Assembly (NCBI RefSeq): GCF_009914755.1
Contig: NC_060940.1
Direction: 5' to 3' (one strand)
Length of the DNA: 64,000 nt
DNA from: the human T2T-CHM13v2.0 reference genome, Homo sapiens
Shown: positions 28,952 through 42,927 of the stretch, piece by piece
Layout: the number at the start of each line of letters is the position of its first letter
Position numbering within the stretch: the stretch's first letter is position 1
Made by a program: the position numbers and the translations under genes
Notes under the pieces: generated by a model
What the model was told of the DNA's origin: nothing
Databases searched by the model: none
What the model saw: the letters and a program-made list of their open reading frames with translations, nothing else

Positions 28952-29081
28952 TCCATTTATGCTGGGGGTTGCAATTTCCTGGGTGTGAAAAATCTGACTT
29001 TGGTGACGCCATTGAGCAGTAGGATATAACGAACTCCCACATGCTTAGCATTCCAAAAATGGAACATGAGGCATAAATGGG
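28952..29081 (-). mobile_element. MER85 (piggyBac PGBD3-derived MITE)
   Basis: Minus strand reads CCCATTTATGCCTCATGTTCCATTTTTGGAATGCTAAGCATGTGGGAGTT...AAATTGCAACCCCCAGCATAAATGGA. Has TIRs and TTAA (28948-28951) / CTAA (29082-29085) target sites. Confidence 0.88.
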
Positions 29082-29389
29082 CTAAGGATAGGGTATGTCT
29101 CATAGACCCTCTACTAAGAATCGTAACAGCATTGACCACAGCAGATTCACGAGGTGTCCAAAGTCAAGAAGAGCTCACCCTGAAGAGATTTGTGAGTGTG
29201 ATTGCTGTCTAATGAAATGAATTACAAATTGATTTGTAAGAAACTTACAAAATATTTAAAGAAAGCATATTGGCTTTTACAAAAAAGACAGTAAACAATG
29301 AAAAAATGCTGCCAGACTCCCAAACATTTACAGGCAGCATGCAGATTGAGAAGACATCTCAGTTACAGACACAGATAATTTATTTTTTA

Positions 29390-29532
29390 AAAAGAAGAAA
29401 GAAGGAGGAAGAAGGAGGAAGAGGAGGAGGAGGAAGAAGAGGAAGAGGAAGAGAAGGAAAAGGAGAAGGAAAGTAATAGTAGTAGTATAGCAGTAGTAGG
29501 AGGAGGAAGAGGGGATGGAGAAGGGGAGGATG
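29390..29532 (+). repeat. GA-rich low-complexity tract
   Basis: GAA/GGA/GAG and TAG triplet repeats. Confidence 0.85.
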
Positions 29533-30323
29533 GGAACAGAACCAAGAGCCATGTGTCTAGAGTCAAAAGTCTAGGAGAATCAGTTCTCTGAAACAGTACT
29601 GGATACTCATCAAGGAACTAGTAACATGTGCCAAAATGATTCCAAGAATCACTATTTACCAGTAACTGCCATATGACTTCCACTTTCTCTGTTCTTGAGT
29701 AATGCTGTCTACAGAAATTATCCTTATTCTATTCCCCCATTGTATACTGGGTCAGCTCGAGGATGATGCTCTAATGATTTAAAATCTCAGAGTGTTTTTA
29801 GTAGGAATGCAAATATTTTGTGGCCAAAGGTCAACTGTGTTTGTTTTAAATCATGACATTAATTATTTAATACTCCTCTCATTGAGTTTCTTCCCCTGGA
29901 TATGGGCTCTCTTACTGAATAAGTAATTGAAGATGACAGATGCAACGAATGTTGTGTCAATATCAGAGCTGCTTGGACCTTAAGAAAATGGCAGGTTTGA
30001 CTCTCTATCACTCTTTGGATTGTTAGTCTTGGAACACCAATACCATGAAACATGGACACCATGAAACACAGATACCAACACACCCCCCACCCCAACCCAA
30101 GGAAACGTTTATGGAGGAGAACCAAAACAAACCTCAGTTTCCCAGATGTTTGAGTGAGCCACATGGGTCTTCCAGCCTGTGTAAACCCACCCCAGTTGAC
30201 ACTGTCTAGATGAGAAATGGTCTGACCCTGTTTGGCCTTACCCATACTATACATTTTTGAACAAATTAATTGGTTACTATTATTTTAAACCACTAAGTTT
30301 GGGGTTAATTTGTTATGAGATAA

Positions 30324-30670
<347 letters not shown>

Positions 30671-31734
30671 AAGGAACAGAATTTTAACAGCCTCTCTTCT
30701 AAACTTGAAATGTCTAGAAATATTTAAGTAGAATCTCTAAAATAGAGGCTAAAACTAAAATACTTTTAGCAGATAATATTGACTATTTGTCATATTAGTT
30801 ATGTATAGTGTAAACATAATTACATGAGGCAGTATAAGAAACATCTAGCAAGTCACCTGATATATTAACATTAAACAAATAAAAATAACTCAAAATGTGG
30901 GTTAAAATTAATTATAAATATCAAACAAAGACGAGTCATCATTGTATTTGTAAGGTTTGTTTTCAAGAAGATGCAAAAACAGAGGGAAGACATAAACAAT
31001 GAATTTGAAGTAATTGTGTTTTCCAAAAGAGTATCAATTTGCAGATCTATAATTTACTGAAAATTATTTTCCTCAAAGTCACATGACACACAAATACACC
31101 CATATCATCACATGACATTGATTTTCTTATAACATTTCACATGATACATATATAAATATGTGTGTATAATTTAAAATTAATTATGATACTTTTAAAATTA
31201 AGAAGAATACCAATATTTCTGATCTGGCTTAGACAATATTTGATCAGAAAAACAAAAGCATGAGTGTCCACAGAAGAAATAACTGCCAATTTCAGTGTTT
31301 CAAACACAATGTTGCATGGGTATTATAAATAACTTTTCTGCAAGTTATAAATAGAGACCATCTTTACAGTATAAACAGTCTTTCTGTTTGATTTAGGAGT
31401 AAATTGAAGCTTTAGATACATATTCAAAATGCATTTCCCAGAAGATTTCTGGTTTTATAGTCTTTGATGATAACTAATTCTGGTACATGTGCATTTTGTG
31501 TTTTTGGCTATTGGAAAAGGAAGTTCATCCACATGATCCTTTGAGTTGCAAACAATCCCTAGAGCTAAAGACCTCCCTTAATGGTAGGCAGAGTATAAAC
31601 CCTGTCTGAATATTAGGATCACCTGGGAAGCTTCAAAAAATACAAAAGTATGAGTTCCACACTAAAACAAATAAGAATACAGTGGTGACACCTGGGCACT
31701 AGCAAGCTTTAACAGCATCTTCCTGTGGGTTATG

Positions 31735-32460
31735 TACTGCATATTCCATTTGTATAACATTTTTATAATGGCAAAATTAGGCCAGGTGCAGTGGCTCATG
31801 TCTGTAATCCCAGGACTTTGGGAGGCCGAGGTGGGTGGATCACCTAAGTTCAGGAGTTAAAGACCAGCCCGGGCAATATACTGAGACTCTGTCTCTACAA
31901 AAAATAAAACTAGCTGGGTGTGGTGGCACATGCTTGTAGTCTCAGCTACTCGGGAGGCTGAGGTGGGAGGATCACTTGAACCTACAGGTGTTGAGGCTAC
32001 AGTGAGCTGAGATTGAGCCACTGCACTTCAGCCTGGACAACAGAGCAAGACTTTGTCTCAAAAAATAAGTAAAAAGAAAAGGATAAAATTATAAAAATTG
32101 AAAATAGATTAGTGGTTGCCATGAACTAAAGACGGGAGGTGAGGCTCCGGAGGTAGGCAGATATGGTGGGATCCTGGTGGTGGTGGACTTCCTCTGGGCA
32201 TTGCCCGTGGTGGTGTATACATAAACTTACACATGTGGTAAAATTGCACAGAACTAACCACAAACACATATACTCGCAATGCATACAAGGACAATTGGGG
32301 CTATCTGAATAAACTGGGTAGACTGAATCCATGTGAATATTCTGGTTATAGTATTGTACTATATAGTTTTGTAAGATTGTCACCATTGGAAAAACAACTA
32401 TGTAAAGGATAAATAGAGTCTCTCTGTATTATTTCTTAAAACTGCATGCAAACATTGAAA
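31735..32460 (+). mobile_element. L1MC/MD-like 3' end interrupted by an Alu
   Basis: TACTGCATATTCCATTTGTATAAC...[Alu]...AGATTAGTGGTTGCC...GATTGTCACCATTGG...CTCTCTGTATTATTTCTTAAAACTGCATG. Confidence 0.7.
31780..32080 (+). mobile_element. AluJ-like
   Basis: GGCCAGGTGCAGTGGCTC...GAGGTGGGAGGATCACTTGA...TTGAGGCTACAGTGAGC (J-type right arm). Confidence 0.88.
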
Positions 32461-32584
32461 ATAGAGAGTCTAAGTAAAAAACAAAACTTCCTGATGACTA
32501 TTACCTCCCTAAGATTGGAAAACCAAATACCATTTTCAAAACTGTTAACAGAAGTTTCCAGATAGGGAAGGAACTGGTCCAGGT

Positions 32585-32995
32585 CAATGGTTTGCAACTA
32601 GTGGACTACACTGCAGTATGAGTGTTGCTTAGATATTCGTGAAAAATTCAAATTCTCAGGCCCCAAACAAGACCTACTGAATTAGGAACTCTGAAGATGG
32701 CACCAAGTAATCTGTAATAGTCCTTCCAGGTGAGCGTGCTACATGCTAAACTTTCAGAGACATTAGCTTAGGGTTTTGTTTTGTGATAACTATTTCATAT
32801 GAATAAATAGTATTAAATGTGTATTATATATGAATAGAGCATTGTTACTTATAGCCAATGACTACTGGAGTCAGCATCACCTAGAGGCTTTTTAGAAATG
32901 TAGAATCTGCACCCCAAACTCAGGGAATCCCAATCTGTGTTTTAACAAGATCACCAGGTAATTCATAGGCATATAAAGGCTTGAGAAGCAGTGCC
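32585..32995. mobile_element. Two MER5A-like hAT MITE remnants (~32585-32765 and ~32850-32995)
   Basis: AAATTCTCAGGCCCC..AGACCTACTGAATTAGGAACTCTG and CAGCATCACCTAGAGGCTTTTTAGAAATGTAGAATCT...TTTTAACAAGATC..CAGGTAATTC. Confidence 0.65.
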
Positions 32996-35900
32996 TTAGA
33001 GTATTTGCTGAACAACTATTATATGCAGTCCATCAAAATGCAGCTGTGCTTCTGGTGAAAATAAGAGCATTTGGACACCAACTTCCTGCTGGGGCAGGGA
33101 TGTTAAACAAATTGCCCTCAATCACACATCTCATAAGGAGGCCACCCAGGATTTCAGCTTGCATAGGATGTAAAAGAACAACAGGAAAGAGTCTTCTAGC
33201 CTGGATTCCTCCAGAGCCTATGTTCATAGCACTGTGCAAAACTGCCCAGGCTTTCTTTGTCTATTCGGCCAGCTCCAGTGGGCCAGTTCTGGTTTCCAAG
33301 CATTTACAGCAGGGAATGTCATGAATTGCATACACACGTGCCAGGGTCAGAATAGATACCAGTATTCACTCAGACCGTTCTGACCATATTACTGTCTGAA
33401 CACTAAGCTCATAACAGGAACTTCAAATCTACCACCCTAGGATTTTCTGGCTTCAGGATAGCAGAAAGTCTGCATGTTCTCTTCCTCCTTCGCAAAGCAT
33501 CCCATTGATCCTCTCATGTAAATCACAGGGCAAGACTCCAAGTCTACAGAATGCACACTAACCGTAAAATAATACTGTTGGGAGCTAGAGTTGAATGGGA
33601 AATCTCTGATTGTCCTGGATAGGATTTTCTTCATATTTATCTTCCAAACTTCAATTCTGTAGAAGTGTGCAGGCAGAATCAAGCGTTACCTGGTTGCACA
33701 GTTGACAGCATAAAAAATCATTTATCATTTTTATATCTAGGGTTTAACTTCAGGAAAATAGCACAATTCACATAGAGTAGATAGATTTCAAGGGAAGGGT
33801 AGTTTTTAATTCTTTTGTTGAATAAGTAGGGAGGCATGACTGGAAAATGTTTCAAAGCTGTTAGGGGATAGGTGAGGATTCTGTATAATTTCATAGATCT
33901 TTACGTGAAGTGATAAATAAATAAGGTTATACCTGTAAGAGCAAAATAAATGGCTAATGGAGCAAGGCATACATTCATTAATAATAGTTAACAATCGCAA
34001 CTAATGTTATTGAACATGATATGCTAGTTTCTCTGATAGCCTTGGATATTCAAAGATAAATAATTTAGGATGAGAAATACATATGAATCGAATGAATTAA
34101 TATGTCTACTAAAATTACTTGACAATTGCAATGGGCCAGGCATAGTGAAATGTGCAAAATATGGCTTCTCTACTTTAAATCACATGACATTCCTATGATA
34201 TTGATATTATCATTCATATTCCATGAAGCAGGAAACTGAAACTCAGAAACAGGAAATGACTCTCCCATAGTCACATAGCAAGTTGGTGGCCCAGTCAAAA
34301 CTCCAACAAAGATCTCTCTGCCCAAAACTGTTTTCTTCAATGAAAGAAGTGAGAAGGGGAATCGAAAATGAATAGAAGGAGGTCAGAAGGAGTTAGCTGA
34401 GAAAGGAGTAGATTTTAGACTCAAATCAGAGTTCTTCAGTACTTGTCCTCTCTTCCACAGATGATTTCAAATGTACTCAGTTTCCCGTAGGAAAACTAAG
34501 ATTAATTACTACCATCTATATGAACTGTTAACTATTCATATTCAATTCCTGATGCAACATGGTAACCATTTTACATGCCAGCAAAACTGTCAGATTAATG
34601 TTACTGTACATTTTAGTTCATCTCAATGCTCAAGTACACTAGAGATTCTCTGTCATCCTAGTCTCTCATATCATGAGTTATTGAAGGATTTAGGGTTATG
34701 TAAAGGGTGGCATGATGTAGACAAAGAAATGAACTCAAATTAGTTCTCAGTTTTCCAATGTTCATTTTAATGTACAGAAATATTTTACCCCCCTTCCCTT
34801 TAGGATATAAATATAGATACAGATATACAAATACCCCATCATGTAAAAGTTTAAAAAATAATTTCCATGTGATGTTGGAGAATTAATGAGCTAACATTTG
34901 TAAATCGTTCAGAGCATTATTGCAATTGTAAACCTGGAGTGGTTTGGTCAAGCTTCCTACTGCTGTCTTAGGAAAATGATTTTCTATCTAATTTTATCTT
35001 ATTTTCTAAACTTGAAAAATGGGTCTAATAATCCCTGCCCTTTACATACCTCAGAGAGATGTTTCAAGAATTAATGAAATATGTGTAAAGAGCTGTAAAC
35101 TGGATAAATTAAGACATCATTGCCATTAGTCTATTGAATTCTTCAAATAAAATTTTCAGTAGAACTACGACCCTTCTGACCTTTGCCAATAAGGCAGACA
35201 TGAAAATGTAGTAATAATATAATTTTAAAAGAGGTCTTCACTGTTTAAATTAAGTGCATAAATCAAATTTCTAAATCTCAAACTTATCTGAGAAACTATG
35301 CAATTTTTCTAGAAAAAAATAATGAATGCATGGCAGGATCAATAAATCAATAAAGAGATGATCTTCAAATACTTTAGGCTGACATTTCAGTTTGTCCCCT
35401 AAACCCCAGATGAGATTATTGTCATTATAGCCATGATTTCAAAGATTTAATAAATAGACAATTATGGTTTGTGTCTCCTGAAATTCATCAAAATTAGTTG
35501 AGATACTCATTCAGCTTTACCCCACATCTGTTGCTTGGTTGTGTCTGGGTAAAATGCCAGTTGATTTAATTTATCATTTTTGTTCCAGATGTTTTGGCAT
35601 CACATAGTTATAGATATACAATTGTATTCAAAAATGCTCTTAGATTAATGTAAGAGAGTTCTAGTATTTTCTCCCCTCTGGGCTTTAACTACAGTAAGAA
35701 AAGAAATAACTTTATTGTTTTAAAATATGAAACTAAATGAAAATTTCATCTACCTCAACACAGTACAATAATAGACCCGTAGAAATTTTTCAAATTAGTT
35801 GCTGTTCTTTCAGAAATCCAAGGCTGATTCCGTGGTAGAAGAGAAAGGATAAGGCAGACAGAAATGATGAACAAAATAACAAACTAAATCTAGATACCTG

Positions 35901-36036
35901 CCATGACTCCATGTGATACTGAATTGAAAATAGTCTATTGATATAGAAAGAAAGATCTGTGAACACTTTAATTCCACCAGGTGCTAGCTCAGTGACCTTG
36001 AGGTAACCATTTCCTCTCTGCATATTTCAATTTTAT

Positions 36037-36799
36037 TTATTTATTTACTTAATTTTTTATTTTAATAGCTTTAGGTTTACAGGTGGTTTGGGGTTACATA
36101 TATGAATTGTGGAGTGGTGAAGTCTAAGATTTTAGTGCAACCATCACCCAAGTAGTGTACATTGTACCCAATAGGTAGTGTTTTGTTCTTCACCTCCCTC
36201 CCACCCTACCCCCTTCTGAGTTTCCAATGTGTATTATACCAGTCTAAATACCTTTGCATGCCCATAGCTTAGCTGCCACTTATAAGTGAGAACATGTGGG
36301 TATTTGGTTTTCAATTCCTGAGTTACTTCACTTAGAATAATGGCCCCCAGTTCCATCCAAATTGCTGCAAAAGATATTTCTTTTTTATGGCTGAGTAGTA
36401 TTCCATGGTATACATACATATGCTACATTTTCTTTATCCATTCATTGTTTGATGGACACTTATGTTGATTCTATATCCTAGCAACTGTGAATCGCACTGT
36501 GATAAACATACACATGCAGGTGCCTTTTTGATATAGTGACTTCTTTTCCCTTGGGTAGATACCCAGCATGGGATTGCTGGATCAAATGGTAGATCTACTT
36601 TAATTCTTTGAGAAATCTCCATACTGTTTTCCATAGACGTTATACTAGTTTACATTCCCACCAGCAGTGTATAAGCATTCCTTTTCATCACCTCCACACT
36701 GTCTATTTCTGTTTGTTTGTTTGTTTGTTTGTTTTTAACTTTTTAATAATGACCATTCTGGCTGAAGTAAGGTAGTATCTCATTTCTGGTTTTACTTTG
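36037..36799 (-). mobile_element. L1PB-like 3' fragment inserted into a MIR
   Basis: GATTTTAGTGCAACCATCACCCAAGTAGTGTACATTGTACCC and degenerate ORF2 C-terminal peptides (DLPFDPAIP). TSD AT(T/C)TCAATTTTAT at 36024-36036 and 36800-36812. MIR core lies on both sides (GTGACCTTGAGGTAAC | AAAATGGAGATAAC). Confidence 0.85.
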
Positions 36800-38350
36800 A
36801 TCTCAATTTTATAAAATGGAGATAACATAACCTACCTACTTCAGTATCTATTCATCGTAATATTATGTGTTAGGAAATTATGCTAAAAAAGTTAATACTC
36901 GTTTGTTCTGTGCAAGTTACTTATGTTGTGAAGAGGAGCTTCAGGCCAAGTTTATACTGGCTTTTTAAAATGCAGGACTAACCTTTGAGCTGCAAGCATA
37001 CTTCACTGTTGGGATCCACGTACGTGCTTTGGATAAAACAATCTGCAGCAAAAGGAGAGAATGGGCATTCTATGCAGCAAGCCATCAGACATCTTGCTCT
37101 CTTGAAGAGTATGGAAATATTCATATTCTAAATGATATTTCTTCTGCTATGCTGACACTACCCCAGGTGTCTACCAAAATGATTTCCGCATGACTTGTGT
37201 GTGTGTGCGACACTATTCATACCATTTCTAAGTAAAATAATCACTCTACAAAAGTGATGGTGATTTTCAGTGTAAGCAACATAAGCTATGATTGTTAGCA
37301 TTGTCACAGTTTGTATCACTAGAATCAATCTGATGTATATCCGTGCTTGCAAAATGAATATTAGTTAAGCACATTCTAATTATGAATTCATGAAAAGTCT
37401 TAGGGTTGAAGAATTACTTGGCACCATCTTAGCTGAATGATCTTCAGGAAACAAGTCAGCTGTCTGAGTTCTGGCTATATCACCTGAAACGCAGGATAAT
37501 AATACCAGCCATGGACCATTTTATATAGTTGTTTTGAGGCTTCGCTGTAGTAAAGAATAAAGAATCAGTGTGCAATGTATAGGATATCATAATGCAAATG
37601 TTAAGAATTCCTGTTACTAACATTAAAAAAGTAGGGAGGTCAAAGTTATTCTTCTCTGGCAAGGACCCTCATTCATGACAAAATTTTTCAAAATGTCAGT
37701 CACCTTGCTAGGTTCATTGAGATTTAGGGTTTTGTCCTCAATTTGGTAGGAACAGAAATTTTAGTCTATCAGCACATTCCTAAAGTGAATGTTGCTTCAG
37801 CACAGACATGCATTAGCCAAGTTCTAAGAAGACAGTCACTTAACAATAAAGCTAATTTGTTAAGTTACAATAAAAAATAATATGTCTGCCAAAAGCTTTG
37901 GAGTGTGGCATATCGGTAAGGCAGAAGGTCTGCCTCAAAGCCTGGCTCCATCAATTATTTGCTGCAAAGTCTTTAGAACTCAGAGAGATACAATAGCTGC
38001 CCAATTTTCTCCTTCCTACAGTGTTGATAATAGAATTCCCCACAACATGGGGCAGTTTTGTAAAGTACTTGGGTGATTCTCTTCAAAGTGCTTTGTGTCA
38101 AACACTGAGAAAATAAGGCTCAAGAAATGGTGGAATGGTAGCTGTTATTATTATGGTTGTTATTATTGTTATTTAAGTAAGCATATATTGTTGCAACTGT
38201 TTCTAAAATTGAATAAAATAATCACCAAGTGATTTGAAAAACATGGAGTTAAAGCCATGAGGTTAAGATGTGTAATTTAAATTTTAGTGGCCTTATAATT
38301 GATAATCTCCTCTAGTTCCAGAGGGTTGGTTCCCGGAAGAGCACTTCAGG

Positions 38351-38369
38351 CTCTCTCTCTGTGTCTCTC

Positions 38370-38426
<57 letters not shown>

Positions 38427-38449
38427 TTCTCTCTCTCTCTCTCTCTCTC

Positions 38450-38487
<38 letters not shown>

Positions 38488-38501
38488 TCCCTCTCTCTCT
38501 C
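38351..38501 (+). repeat. Interrupted (CT)n tract, ~150 bp
   Basis: Purely pyrimidine from 38364 to 38501. Confidence 0.95.
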
Positions 38502-38944
38502 GCAGTGCCTGGATGAATTTCCCCAGTTTCTATCTGTGTGACCCTATTAATTGTTCTGAAAGGGTAATACAAAGGAGTTATCAATGGGCGAGTCTTGATC
38601 TGCCCTGGGAACAATTTTGTCTCTTGAGAAGGCAACCTTATTTGGTGAGACCCTGAAAGTGTAAATTATAATGCCAATGTATTTCCTTTGGGGTTACCTT
38701 CATTTTCACTCTGCTCTTAACAATGATCTGCATTTTTTGAGTGCTTACTAATTACTCCATACCAAGAATCCTAATAAAGAAATTATAAGCATTACTTCTT
38801 TGAATAGCCAACCAACGTTTTACAGGTAATAAGCTGTTTCCATCAATGTTATATTCAAGATATATTAACAGTAACAATCCTTATTGTTACTATATCTCAA
38901 ACTAATTACCTCAAGCTAATTGAGAAAATAAATAACTTTCTAAG

Positions 38945-39312
38945 GCATCAGTTCTCAAACAATTTGGTCTCAGGGTCACTTCACACACTTAAAAATTAAT
39001 GAAGAACCCCAAAACCCTTTATGCATTAAAATTTTGTTATTGGGTTGTACTTCTCAATATTTACCATATTGTAAGTTGAACACACACACACACAAGAATA
39101 TAGAAGCACAGATTCCATTGGCCATTGAGCTAATGGCTCACTATGATATTAACAAGTGCCATATAGTCTCTGGAAAAGTATACTTTCAACTGTGAGACAG
39201 ACAAAGGCAAACAGTGTTGTCATATTATTATAAAAAAGTATTTCAACCTTGCAGAACGCTTAAAAATGTCTCAAAGACTCTAAAGATCCCTGGACCACTC
39301 TTTGAATATTAT
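38945..39312 (+). mobile_element. hAT-Charlie DNA transposon remnant (MER119-like)
   Basis: GTTCTCAAACAATTTGGTCTCAGG..CTTAAAAATTAATGAAGAACCCCAAA...CCCTGGACCACTCTTTGAA. Family name recalled, not verified. Confidence 0.55.
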
Positions 39313-42300
39313 GGTCTTAAAGAATAAAAGTCTGTTGCCCCATTCTCCCCCAATATGTTTCAATTACTCACTTTAAGACTAATTACTATGTTACATGCAT
39401 TATACAACAACATAGAAAGGTATTATTATCTGCACCTTAATGTGATGAAATTGAGGTTTAAAAGGAATGAGTACTTTGACTAACATTGCATAACTTCCCA
39501 ATATCGTGGTCAGTTTACAATCCCATACCTTTCTGTCTAAATCTGTGCTCTTCACTATCATGTGAAACACAGACACTAAAGATTTATCAAATAGAAATGC
39601 AAAAAAAAAAAACTTAGTAGTTGTCTCATTTCATCCACATACTGAAGAGAATTATGATGTTCAGAGGTACAATTACAATAATCCCATGGATTGAATCAAC
39701 ATTTCCAAATGGATTTATTTTACCCACCTCTTTGACTTTTAAAATTAGATGTTTCTGTTGCAGATAAAATAATTATAGTACGTGAACATTAAAAAGAAAG
39801 ACCAAACTATTCATGTGAAAGTCACAGTAAGCCAAACTTCATGGCCAAACTACACTGGATAAAATGAACATGCCATATTCTATGATTGCTATTTTTATGA
39901 TTTTGCAACCAAGTTGATGTAAGCAATGTGATTCCTGGATTTTTTATTCCTATATGTGTATTATCTAATATAGGACCTGGCGAATAATGGTGCATTTGAA
40001 ACTCTGTACAAAGATGAACCTTGTTTAGAGGATGTTTGCCCATCTATCACACTTAGTAGTATCAAGGAGTAGAGAGAGTTCAGGCTTTGACATCAAATCT
40101 GGTGGATTCAAACCTCCCTTTATTACATCTATGGGCTTTTCCTTGTGTCCCGGCTTTCCTGAGTCTCGCATGACACATTTCTAAAACAGTGTTCAGGTTA
40201 CATCCATCTAAACATTGTTATGAGGATTGAATGAAACAAGAAATGTAAGTACACAGAGACCAGCATTCTGCTTGGGATTAAGTAGCATCTTAAATGCTGG
40301 TTTATTTTCTGTTCTTTATTGTCACATGCAGATATCATTTAATGTTACAGATCTAGACATTGAACCAATAGAGAGCATGAAAGGGCAAGTGTATGTACCA
40401 CTCTTTTTGCATCCAGGCCATTTCCCTAAGTCATGATTCTTATTATGCCCAGGAAACAGCTTCTCCAGCCATTCTTCAACCAAAGTTAGGCCTTGGGTAT
40501 CTATTTATACTGAGGCTTCCTTGTTAGTCTATTACTCATTCCTAAAGCACAGTCTCCAGATGGACATACAATGAAGTCTATCATAACCATAGCTGAATGA
40601 AAGAGACCAAGATCAACAAGTTCCTCCTTTGCATCTAAAAATATCCAAAACTTCCTGGATGGCTTCATGCTGTTCCCTTTGCCACTAACATTCTTGCTTT
40701 CCTTCTTCACTTGCCACATGGTAGTATCTGGATTGACTGCGAAGGGCACCAGAGAAAGCATCATACAGAACTCATTTCTTCCTCCTATCTGTGGTTTGGA
40801 TGCTTTCTGTCTCTTTCAATTAAACAATGTAACTGTAGTTCAAAAGTTGCCCTCTCCACTACAGAAACTTCACCGCCAGGCCAGGAACTAGGTCTTCAAC
40901 AATCTGTGTCTGAAGTGCCTAGGATAGGTGGGCAAAAAATGTGTTCAACTCACTAATGTTTTCTGTATTCACTTTGCAATTATTTGGTACACCAAGTGAA
41001 TGGTTTATTAGACCTTAAAACTCTTTAATCTGGACTGTACTGAGGACAAAAGCAATCATACAGAAAACAAGGCTCAAATAAAAAGATATCAAATTCAGCA
41101 CTTACTTTCATGAAGATCTCCTATTTAAATACCAGGGGCCATTTGTAGAATATATAATTGCCTTTTAAAATCCATGTCTAACCAATCATTTTTAATAGGT
41201 ATCCAGATATTCACAGATTTATTTTAGGTATCAGTTACCCTGAGAAGTCACCTGACACATCAATTCCTGTCTTATCTTCTTTTTATATCTTTACTTAAAT
41301 AAATGAATGTGGGTTTCTATGGTATTCTGTGGAGTTCAGATTTTTGTTTCTTTGTAACTGCTACATAATTATATTGGAAATGTGAAAAACAGTTCAGCAG
41401 GAAATCAAATGCTGGCTCAGTATGGGTATTTTTATATCCAGAGATACTCAAATATGAACCAGCAAAGAGATTTGGATACTATGCCTCACACACAAATCTA
41501 ATGACAAGCTGTATTTAAAAGCCAGCCAAAAAAAAAAAAAAAAAAAAACTTTTTTTTAACCAATTTTTCTTTACAGTGTATTAGGGCTGCTTATTTGTTT
41601 TACTAAACAAAAACAAAGCTTGGACAGAGGCGCTCTAAAAAGTCAGAGTCCTTTAAACATCAAACTCAGTACAATCTAACTGAAAGAACAGATTGATGAA
41701 GATTTGGCATTACCATTGTCAAAAACATGTCAAAAACATGTCAAGTGATATATATATGTACACACACCCACACATACATATATTCTGTACATCAACTCAA
41801 GTGAGTTACAGCTTTTTATTGAATACTATAGTTTCTTTTTAACCAATAAGAAATAAATTATATAGGTCGAGGAAAGTTTTTCTTTCAAGCAGGTAATTTT
41901 TAAGGAAACCTAGACTGAAATTCATATCTATTTGACTGCAGTGTACAAGTTTTTTCCTCCATACTTGTCATCCACACCTCCCTTCTCCAGCCTAATGTTA
42001 CTCATTCATTGTTAAATTATGGCAACAGGTGTGGAACAGACTTCAGCATCATTCCAGGCTTATTTGAGTGGGCAGCAGGAGCACTCAAACTTCAACACCA
42101 GCTCCTCATTTAAACTCTATTTTATTTTAAAATTTCAGAACCCAGAGGTTTCTAAATATCCAAATTCCTCTGGAACAAAGATCACAGATGCAAATGTTAA
42201 ATTCCTAACTCTCATCTGGACCTCCCCCACCTAACCACTCCATGCAGTTACTTCAGTGGGGATGAAAGCCTACCAGTAATATCTCATTGTGTTCAAAACT

Positions 42301-42784
42301 CTTTTACAAACTGGATGAAGGAAGGCTGTGGAAAGGTTGGGCCATCTTTTCTGTAATCTGATTTGTTAGTATCACTCACGGTATGTCTTAATAGCAATTG
42401 GGTTTTCCCTAGGAGAATTGAGATGCAAAATGTTCATAAATTAGTCTGAAAAGTGAGACAAAGCTAGGATTAAATCCAATGAGGCTGAGCTCTGGTATTT
42501 TTATTAGATGAAATAACTGATGGCATTAACACATGCAGTTATTGTGAAAATTAAACATGCCAAAGAATACAGAAAGGGTTAAAAACCGGCCTAGCACACA
42601 GTAAGCTGCGACACTTTTAATTGTAATTATATTTGTCCTTGTTGTCAAGGCTTGTGATCTCCAGCAGAATTTGCTTTTCTTGTTTTCTCATTAGTTTTAA
42701 CCAGATGCCAATTTCTGTTTATTCAAACTCCATCTCTAATACAGGTTTAGTTTTAGTCTGAATTAAGACTGCGGGGATTATAGC

Positions 42785-42927
42785 TATGGTTCTCAAGGCA
42801 TGGTCCCTGGACCTGCAGCATCAGCCTCACATGGAAACTTGTTAGAAATACAAATTCCTGGCCAGCAAGCTATGCTTTAACAAGCCCTCCAGGTGATTCT
42901 GACGCACCAAAAAATTTAAGAAACACC
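42785..42927. mobile_element. MER5A, internally deleted
   Basis: TGGTTCTCAAGGCATGGTCCCTGGACCTGCAGCATCAGC...TTTAACAAGCCCTCCAGGTGATTCTGA. Confidence 0.75.

Noticed and set aside
38299-38635. SL-repeat and RE-repeat ORFs
   Set aside because: They are translations of the (CT)n/(GA)n microsatellite.
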